This document shows positions 47,001 to 55,759 of a DNA stretch of 64,000 nt, piece after piece. Position 1 is the first letter of the stretch. Every line of letters starts with the position of its first letter. Source of the stretch: Thecamonas trahens ATCC 50062 (lineage: Eukaryota > Protista > Apusomonadida); the NCBI RefSeq assembly GCF_000142905.1, contig NW_013657648.1, positions 134,289-198,288 on the forward strand, given 5' to 3'. The position numbers were made by a program, and so were the translations under genes. Below the pieces are notes generated by a model. It saw nothing but the letters and a program-made list of their open reading frames with translations, was not told where the DNA came from and searched no databases.

Positions 47001-48016
47001 ACGCTGGCATGGAGGCTCTCGCCCACCTCCTCACCTCCAACCCGTCGCTGCTCTGGCTCGACGCCTCGCACAACCTCATCTCGGACAATGGCATGATCGC
47101 TCTCTACACCGCTGCCTGCTCCGGCACAGACCTTGCTGGTGACAGCAACGCCGAGGCTGAGTCCGACAACGACAGCGAGCGCCATCTAGGTGCAGATGGC
47201 TCAGACTCGGGTGCTGCCGCTGGATCGGGTGATCTGGAGTTGGAGCTGAGCGACACCGAGCCATCTCCAACGCTACACAAGGGCAAGAAGAAGGGGAAGG
47301 GGAAGACCAAGGCCAAGACCAAAGCAAAGACGGCAGCGCCGGACGCAGGCCAGAGCTCGTCGCTTTCGTCGAGTGGCACGTTTGATGAGGAACAGGAAGA
47401 GACGGCGACTACGAGCTCGTCCGGTTCGTCCAGCTCGGACTCGGGCTCGGACTCAGACTCAGGCTCGAGCCTGGGCTCCTCGACGTCAAGTACGAGCTCC
47501 GACTCTGACCCCGACTCGGCATCGGCGCCAAAGGGCGCGAGGGCGGGCGACTCAACGGCCGATGTGGTGGCGCTTGCACGCAAGACCAAGCCCAAGGCGC
47601 CACACGGCCCCCTGGTCCACCTCCTCAACCTTGCGCACAACCGCATCGGCGACCGTGGGGCTCAGGCGCTCGCGCAGCTCATCGCGCACAAGCGAGCGCG
47701 GCGGACGATTGCACGGCTGGATCTGTGTGGCAACGCGATCGGAAGCATCGGCGCCGTCGCACTCGCGCTGCACGTGGCGCCAAACGAGCATCTGCTCACG
47801 CTCGACATCTCACGCAATCCGATGGGCGCTGACGGTGCCGAGGCCATGCTCTCGCTCCTCGAGTCGAACCACACCCTGCAAGAGCTCGTCCTCGGAGCGC
47901 TGCCGGTTCCGGTGACCGAGTTTTGCCAGCGGCTGGAGCGTGTGGCGACCACAGCGCGGGTCACCTTCCCGGCGCTCACCGTTGTCCGAGGCGCGTACCA
48001 GCCGGCACAAGGTTAA
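44083..48016 (+). CDS. Actinin-type CH1-CH2 / coiled-coil / PH / RI-like LRR protein; frame breaks near 45490-45538 and 46692
   Basis: CH1 QRRAFLGWFNAKL..GNVKMVLGLLWVMILKYHI; CH2 LLAWVRAQ..FQDGRVLAAL..SIMTYVTYF; PH GYLLKREKRRKTWTKLWLTL..EWKNGL; LRR LDVSGNRLGDKG. The three ORFs overlap at single-base offsets. Confidence 0.75.
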
Positions 48017-48031
48017 CACTCGCACAGCGCA

Positions 48032-50247
48032 TCAGCCTATCAGCGACGACGAGGCAAGCGCCTCGCGGACATGGCGGCGCCAAACCGAGCGGATGTTGGA
48101 GAGCCACTCCTCACGAATAGTCTGTGTCTTGGCAGCGAGGACCCAGGTGACCTCCGAGCCGCTGCGCCGGTCGACAAGCTTGAACTTGGCATACTCGGAC
48201 TCGGACTCGGGATCCTCCATGGGGATTTCCGAGACGAGCGAGAGCGACGGCGGCGGGATGACGCCGTTGGCGTGGGCCTCGGCACGAAAGGCAACCGCGA
48301 CCGCAGCGAGGTCTGCCATGGGAAAAACGGCCTGGACAACAAGACGCTCGCCACCGCTCCGCGACTTGGTCACCACCAGCATGTCGTTGAAGAGGAGGCA
48401 GTACCGCCGCTGATAGCGGATGTAGGTCTCGACGCGGAGCCACGACTCGACAACCAGCCGCCGGCCGCTGACCGCCAGATGATCGCCGGGCAGACCAACC
48501 ATGTGCGACTCGAGGAGCTTGACTCTCCGCCAGTTCTTCTCCTGCCGGTCGACAAAGTGCGCGACCTCGGTGGTCTGGACCAGCGCCGAGCAGAGCGCGG
48601 GGTAGTCCGGATGCGACGGCCGGGTGTGGTCAACAAGCGAGGCCAGAAGCAGCGGGTAGCGCATGATCCGCTGGACCGGCTGCAGAAGAAACGATGAAAA
48701 CGGGAGGAGGCCGCCGCGGTTGGCATCGGCTCGAAACGCCTCGGCGTAGCTTGCAAACACCGGGTCGTCGGCCACCAGTCTGTTGAACGTTGCGAGTGCG
48801 TCGTCGTAGCCCAGCACAAACTGAGTGTACCGCCGGAACAGCTCGGCCTTGCCCAGAAACACATCGCCAACACACGACGCCACGTTCCAACTCTCGATTC
48901 GAGCCCGAAGCGACCGCGCAATTCCGACGTGGATGTCGATGAGCTCGGCCAGGTTCGAGGCAAGCGTCTTCAGGTCCTCGATCGGGATGCTCGGCACAGC
49001 CGGAGCGCCCTCAGCAGGCGCCCCAGGCATGAGTGCAGCGTGTCGCGACAGCACTGGCGCCGCCACTGCCGCCGCCAGGCCTGGTACAAATGCGACGCGC
49101 AGAAACGGCGAGTCGGCCGCCTGCCGCAAGACCGCAGGAATCTGCAGCGGCTCCAGAAACGACCGCATCTTGTCGAGGGCCGCCACATACGCCTCCTCAG
49201 TCGTCAGCATCTCGGTCGCGATGTTCTTCCGCTTGGTGGCGTACTTTTCAAATTCGGCCGCTGACCGGAACTCGGCCCGCAGCGACTCGAGCACAACCGA
49301 GCTCTCACCGAGCTCGGCGTTGGACGAGAAGGAGTGCGTCCGCATGCCAAGCCCGGATCCGTCGCCGCTCGCAGCGCCACACTCTTCCGCAGCCAGGGCG
49401 GCCGCACGCGATCGCGGTCTGGTTGGCGCGGCAAGGTAGCCGGCTTGATCATCAAGGTCGTCTCCCGCAGCGACGGTTTCGTCGGCAGCAGCCGAGGCAT
49501 TGCAGCTAGTGCGGTCACGGCGGCGGGCGGCAATAGCGCCCAGAATAGCCTCACGGTGGGTAACGTCCGCAATGCCGATGGCTTCCAAATCATCCTCAGT
49601 CAGGTGCTCCAGCCTGGCAGTGCCCGAGCCGGCCGAGAGCAGGAGCGCAAAGTACTGGCCCATGTCGATCGATTCCAGAAAGTCGCTCAGCTCCTTGTTG
49701 GATGCTGCCACCTGCTCGGCCGCCACCTTGAGCGACTTTCCAAACAGCCGGCGCCGAGCCTTGCGGACGGTGAGCCGGAGCTGGACAACGGCTGCAAACG
49801 AGAGCTGGCTCTGTGGCTGCTCGCCGGCCAGTGGCGTGTCGGATCCAGAGCCAGACTCTCCCTCACTTGCCAGTGCCGCCGCCGCCTTTGCCACTGCCAC
49901 TGCCGCTGCCGCCAGCTCTGATGGGCGGCGACCCGACTGTGGCGGGGCTGAGTCGGGCACCGGCGGCGGCAGGCCACCATCGTCATCATCGTCGTCCCAG
50001 ATAGAGCCTGAAACAGAGTCAGATCCTGAGACAGAGCCCGAGACAGAGCCCGAGGCCGAGGCCGAAGCCGATGCCGATGCCGATGACGCATACAGCACCA
50101 GCTGGTCGTCGTCGTCGTGGCAGTACTCTGACGATGACTCTGAAGCTGAGTCCGCGTCGGGGCCAAGTGCGACGGAGCGTGCGAGGTCGGAGGAGGGGCA
50201 GGCGGCGGGAGGTCTGGCAGGGGCGGGGTGGCTCTTGACCTGTCCAT
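48032..50247 (-). CDS. SAM - RhoGEF (DH) - PH protein; probable frame break near 50160
   Basis: SAM FLESIDMGQY..LTEDDLEAIGI..HREAILGAI; DH KRKNIATEMLTTEEAYV..FLLQPVQRIMRYPLLL; PH RYCLLFNDMLV..EEWLSNI. The nearby ATG (50247, MDRSRATPPLP) is one base out of frame. Confidence 0.85.
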
Positions 50248-50311
50248 GACGTAGTTGGTGGTGTGTGTGGGTGGTGGGGGGGGGGGGAGGAGGGGAGGGG
50301 GAGGGGGAGGG

Positions 50312-50411
50312 NNNNNNNNNNNNNNNNNNNNNNNNNNNNNNNNNNNNNNNNNNNNNNNNNNNNNNNNNNNNNNNNNNNNNNNNNNNNNNNNNNNNNNNNN
50401 NNNNNNNNNNN
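50312..50411. other. Assembly gap (100 N)
   Basis: N run. Confidence 1.
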
Positions 50412-50945
50412 GCGGCACAAGCTGACGTTTTCGCTCCAGCTCGCACTCAAGGTGGCCCAGGATGCCGTGCCAGGCGAGCAGCTCGACTTTTCCTCAAGGG
50501 CAACATTTCGCTGCAAAAGTCGGAGCGGACCAATGTGCTTGAGTGGCTGCCTGCGCGTGGATGGGAGGATCTGCAGCGGCTGGAGCGGCTCGGTGGCGTG
50601 TTTGAGGCCGTGGTCGACGCGGTGGTGGAGAACGCGGACGCGTGGCACTCGTGGTACATGTCCGAGGCACCGGAAGAGGTCGAGGAGCTGCCTGGCGGAT
50701 GGGGGCACGAGGCGAACGAGTTTGAGCGGCTCTGCCTCTTGCGGTGCTTCCGAACCGACCGGGTGTATGTGGGCGTCTCGCGGTTTGTGGTCTCGCAAAT
50801 GGGCGAGCGGTATGTGCAGCCGCCGGTGGTCTCGATCAAGTCTGTGTTTGACCAGTCAACGCCGACTGCGCCGATTGTGTTTGTGCTCTCCCCCGGCTCG
50901 GACCCGTACGCTGACCTGTCCAAGCTCGCGGACGAGCTCGACTTT
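50412..50945 (+). pseudogene. Isolated fragment (~177 codons) of an axonemal dynein heavy chain (DNAH10-like, region entering AAA6): pseudogene, partial gene or misjoin
   Basis: HKLTFSLQLALK..LDF[F]LKGNISL..LLRCFRTDRVY..MGERYVQPP..PIVFVLSPGSDP. One frame break at ~50490; ends abruptly in poly-C. Confidence 0.75.
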
Positions 50946-51074
50946 CCCCCCCCCCCCCCAACTCCCGCGGGGGGGTACCTCGCCCTAGAAGTGGCTGGGG
51001 GTGGCTGGGGGTGGCTGGGGTAGCCCGTGTCGTACTCGGCACGGACCGGACACAGCCACAGACTCGTACACACG

Positions 51075-51124
<50 letters not shown>

Positions 51125-51135
51125 TACATCTCCAG

Positions 51136-51621
51136 ATGGCAACGACAAAGGTGCCCGTGGCCGGTGGCAATGGGTGGGTGGCGGCGGTGGCAGTCGATGG
51201 TGAGACAGGCGCCCCGTCGCAGGCGGCGCTGCAGGCCATGGCCGAGGCTGAGGGCATGGTGATGGAGGACGAGGAGGCGGTGCTGACGGCGGCCGGTGCG
51301 CCCGATGGCACTCCGCTGGCAGATGTGCTGGCCTTTTCCTGCACTCCACACTCGTACGCCATCCCGGCTGTTCTGGCCGTCCTGGCCGGCTCAGCGTGCT
51401 TTGAGATCCTTGCTCCCTCAGGCGCCCGCCATCGCGTCGCTGCCGCAGCCGGCGACGTCATCGGCATCGGCGCAGGCGTGCTGCACACGATGGAGGTGCC
51501 CGGCTTGGAAGCTGGTGAGTTTGAGGCGCTCGTCACTCGATCTATGTTTGTGGGCGAGTCGCTGCCGGGGCCGGAGGCTCAGAACCCGACAATGGGCGCA
51601 TGGCCGTCGCCGTCATCATGA
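51136..51621 (+). CDS. Cupin-fold protein, acireductone dioxygenase (ARD)-like, with degenerate metal site
   Basis: PHSY..VLAGSACFEI..RV....GDVIGIGAGVLHTM..RSMFVGE follows ARD cupin spacing. Preceded by (CA)n at ~51069-51121. Confidence 0.6.
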   Translation: MATTKVPVAGGNGWVAAVAVDGETGAPSQAALQAMAEAEGMVMEDEEAVLTAAGAPDGTPLADVLAFSCTPHSYAIPAVLAVLAGSACFEILAPSGARHRVAAAAGDVIGIGAGVLHTMEVPGLEAGEFEALVTRSMFVGESLPGPEAQNPTMGAWPSPSS

Positions 51622-51659
51622 TGTTACAAGGAAGGAGGAGAGAGGCTGGACTGACTAGT

Positions 51660-53283
51660 CTAGGCGCGCCGGCGGCGGAAGAAGAACAGCGCGGCGACAG
51701 CGGATGCGACGATGGTAGTGAGCGACGACGCCACAAGCGCGCCGCGGATAAACCCGGCCGAGTCGGCGCTGACCACCGCCGCCAGGTGCTCGGCCTCGGT
51801 AAAGGCAAACTCGCGCTCCATGGAGGCCTGCTCGTCGTGCAGGTCGCGGATGCGGGTGATGACAAGCTCCAGCTCGCCCTCGAGCTTGGAGGCTCGCAGT
51901 TCCGAAGCTGCAAGCGCGTCGTGGGTCGCCTCGAGCTCGGCAGACGTCCGCGACAACGTGTCCTCCAGCGACGCAATCTGCTCGCTCTGCTCCTTGTTGG
52001 GAAGCGCGAGCTGAATGGAGAACTCGGCAGCGGCATCCTCGGCGGCAGCCAGCTGCTTCTGAGTCTCGGCCAGCCGCTCGGCAAGCGCGCCGGCGTCAGC
52101 AGTGGTTGCCTCAAGCTGCGCACTGAGCTCGGCAACCTTGGCCTCGGCCTCGGCCAGCGCCACCGCCCGCCCAGCCCCGTCGTCCTCACCCTCACGACTG
52201 CGGATGTTCTCCAGCAGCTGCGACTGCGATGCAATCTCGGCCTTGGCCGCGCTCAGCTGGTCGGAGAGAAGGCACGAGTTGCGCGACATCGAGTACACCT
52301 TGCGCTGCTCCTGTGCGAGCTGGTGCTCCAGCGCCTCACGCGCCGCAACCTCGGCAGCCAGTTCGCCGGCGGTCGTCTCGGCCTCGGCAAGCTGTGCCTT
52401 GATCGCTGCTAGCTCAGCCTCGGCAGCATCCCGGGCCTCCAGGGCGCTCGCCAGCTCGGCTGCTACCTCGATCGGCGGCGTAACCAAAATGGCCGAGCCG
52501 TCGCCAGACTCATCGGCCGACTCGGTTTCGGTCTCATCGGCGTCGGCATCGGCAGCAAGGACGGCCTCCAGGTCGACCACCTTCTTGCGGAGTGTGCCCA
52601 GTTCGGCCTCGCGCTCGTTGAGCTTGCCCAGCAGCCGCCGAAGCTCGCGCTTCTTGGCCGCATACTTTGACCGGAGCTTCGAGTTGTCAGCCTCGAGCGC
52701 CTTGGCCGCTTTGACCATGTTCTTGGTCCCGGCCTTGTACGCCTGCACCTGCTGCTGCAGGTTCTTCAACGTATCCTGCAGATTCAGATGGCGCTCCCGC
52801 AGTCGCATCGCCTCCCCACTCTGCCATCACCCGCCCATAGTGAGTCGTTCACTCCCCACAACCGCTGCCCGCAGCCAATGCCGTCGACTACCCTGCTCGA
52901 GCCACACTTTGTGCCGTATGAAAATTTCAAATGTTTTGGCTAACGGCCGGCCGCCCAGCCGAGTGCCAGCCACCGCCAGGGACATGCAGAAGCGGCAGGA
53001 AAGGGGAAGATGGAGGAGAGGAGGGCAAACTGTACATGGGGAATATAGGGGGGGGGAGGGGGGGGGGAAGGATTGTGTGTGTGTGGCGTACAGTGAGCGA
53101 GACGTTCGAGTCGTCCAGGGTGGCCATGGGCGAGTCAAAGTCAAAGGCTTTGATGGGTGAGGGCATGGAGGGGAGGTCGATGTCGGCAAAGACGGCCATG
53201 CATGGCGTCGTGGGTGTTCCGGGCTCCACAAGGGAGTTGTTGACGGAAGAAGAAGCGGAAATGTCCGCAAGCGGTGACTCCAT
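51660..53283 (-). CDS. Coiled-coil protein with C-terminal transmembrane anchor (golgin-like); exons 53283-53092 and 52820-51660
   Basis: Long coiled coil ending GALVASSLTTIVASAVAALFFFRRRRA*; exons join in phase 0. Confidence 0.8.
52821..53091 (-). other. Spliceosomal intron (271 nt, phase 0)
   Basis: GTACGC donor, ...gggtgatggcAG acceptor. Confidence 0.7.
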
Positions 53284-53366
53284 CGTCTGTCTCTCGCGAA
53301 ACGAGTGCGGTGTGTAGCTCTTCATCCCTCCCTCGCCCCTTCCCGCTCCGCCCCATCCCCCTACCA

Positions 53367-54154
53367 CCGCCCACGAGCATCAATAGCTTAGATGAGGCAG
53401 GCGCCTGGAACCAGGCCACTCCATCAACCGCCATCTCGATTTATCACACAACATCAGACCAATCTAGCGTCTCGACATGCACAAGGAGGTTGCTACACAA
53501 CTCCCTTTCAGGTTGATTTCTTTTTCCCTATCCCCATCGCCTCATCCCAACATAGCGTCCGATGGAACGTTTGCTTCGCATCGGCCATTGTCCGCTGATC
53601 TCACGCATGACAGAAAAAGGAGCTCCTCCTACGCCACCCGTAGAGCACTTGAAGCCTTTATCGCCTTGCTTTGAGCCATTGGACGCAAGTACAGTGGTCT
53701 GCAAAGACTATGGATGTATTTATCTCTTCCATCGATGTCCCCCTTCCCCTGGTAACTTATGTGCATATTGCCGCCCACGAGCATCAATAGCTTAGATGAG
53801 GCAGGCGGCTGAAACCAGGCCACTCCATCAACCGCCATCTCGATTTATCACACAACATCAGACCAATCTAGCGTCTCGACATGCACAAGGAGGTTGCTAC
53901 ACAACTCCCTTTCAGGTTGATTTCTTTTTCCCTATCCCCATCGCCTCATCCCAACATAGCGTCCCATGGAACGTTTGCTTCGCATCGGCCATTGTCCGCT
54001 GATCTCACGCATGACAGAAAAAGGAGCTCCTCCTACGCCACCCGTAGAGCACTTGAAGCCTCTATCGCCTTGCTTTGAGCCATTGGACGCAAGTACAGTG
54101 GTCTGCACAGACTATGGATGTATTTATCCCTTCCATCGATGTCCCCCTTCCCCT
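53367..54154. repeat. Near-perfect tandem duplication, period 404 bp (two 384-bp copies plus a 20-bp linker), lower GC
   Basis: Copies start at 53367 and 53771 (ccgcccacgagcatcaatagcttagatgagg...) and differ at only a handful of positions. Confidence 0.95.
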
Positions 54155-54696
54155 CCCCCCCCCCCCATGGCCTCCCCCCCTCCCTGCGACTGGCAGCGCC
54201 TGGCGCACTCGGTCGGTGGCGAAAGTGCCTTAGCCCAACCCCCCAAACCGTGGCACACCTCTCCCCTCCCATTACCCCCCCCTTCACACCACACCTCACC
54301 CCTGCACCCGACGAGTCTGATGTCGGTAGCAGCGGTGCCAAACCTGCGGGGCAAGCGTCTCCGCCACGGCCCATCTGTCCGCACAGGCTCTGTCCATCTG
54401 GGCAAATCCTTGGGCAGGCCCACCGCCGCCTGGCAGCCCCGGCACGGGGCGGTCACCCTCCACACCCTCGAGGCGCCCACCTCGCCTACGTACGTCGTCC
54501 CCTCGCCCTCTGCCCCCCGTTCTTCTCTAACATGCACCCTTGGACGTCTATCCATCTTCCAGACCCGCCCTGAGTGCACCCCTTCCCCCTTCCATCCCCG
54601 GGCCCCCCTGGCCGTCCCTGCTGGAAAGCCGCGCCAAAAGCGCGCGCGATCGATCGGCCGCGGAGCGACTCACTTGCAAGCGAGGGCGTGGGGCGG

Positions 54697-55723
54697 ATGG
54701 GGAGCAGTGTTGCACGCGGACGGGTCGTCGAGGCGCACACGCCTGTGGTGGTGAGAAGGCAGTTGCCGCTGGCAGGGACAGGGACTCCTGTCCGTCCGCC
54801 GTCGCCGTCTATGGCGGCTGCAGCAGAGCTTGCCGACCAGGCGGCGCTGCTGTTCTCGGCCGTGGCCGAGCCGGCGGTCGCATCGCCGCCGCCGCGCATG
54901 CCGTCGCCTCCGCTCAGGCTCGCCAGCACAGATCAGAGCCCGGACTTTGCGCTGCTGGATGGATCGACCGACTTTGACGTCGACTCGCTCCTGACAGATC
55001 ACTCGAGCCTTCCGGTAGTGGCAGGCAACAGCCGGCTCGCGTTTGACGCAGCGTCGCCGCTGGCGCCGGACTCGTTGAACTCGTCGCCGCTCACAACCGA
55101 GGCGCTGATGGCGTCGCCGGGCGGTGTCGAGCCGCGTATTGCTGTCACACCGATGATGGCCAAGCTCCGCGCAAAGTTTGACGCTGCGCGCTCCGAACTG
55201 AGAACTCCCGGTGCGTCGCTTCGCGGCTTGGCCGGCCCGGCGCTGGCTGAGAGCGACTCGGCACCTGCCGCTGGCCCACATTTCATGACTGCGGACCTTG
55301 TAGATGTTGTCCTTGCGCACGCTCCGGACAGAGTGGCAGACATGGAGTTGGACGAGGCTGAGAAGCCGGCGGCGTGCGCGCGCTCGACTGCGTACCGCCG
55401 CCGCCTCGCGGCTGAGGCACGCAAAAAGGACGAAGCTGACCGCAAGGCCGCGCTCATTCAGCAGCGGCTAGAGGCACTCGAGGCCGAGGTCCGCCAGCAG
55501 CGAGTCAAGGCGTCTGCCTCGGCGCGTGCCCGCAAGTCAGCGGCTTCGCGCGAGGATAAGGAGAACAGCACCGCTCGCAAGCCGCCGCCGGGCATGGTTG
55601 CCCGTCTCAAGAAGTCGCTGCCACGGCCCAAACCACGGGCGCGGCCACGCCCGCGTCCGCGTTCGCGTTCTGGCCCACATCCGCAACACCGCAAGCCGGC
55701 AGCGGCCGACTCGGAGCCTCAGT

Positions 55724-55759
<36 letters not shown>

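Noticed and set aside
19791-50446. Long ORFs running through X stretches
   Set aside because: Artefacts of translating N gaps.
25425-50500. Micro-introns as the explanation for the frame breaks
   Set aside because: Local GT-AG pairs have the wrong length (15 nt in CPSF2, 16 nt in EDC4), and the dynein DFFLKGN site has no GT and no spare sequence.
53367-54154. LTR pair / TRIM retroelement
   Set aside because: There are no TG...CA termini, the linker is only 20 bp, and no convincing PBS, PPT or target-site duplication is visible. Kept only as an unexplained duplication.
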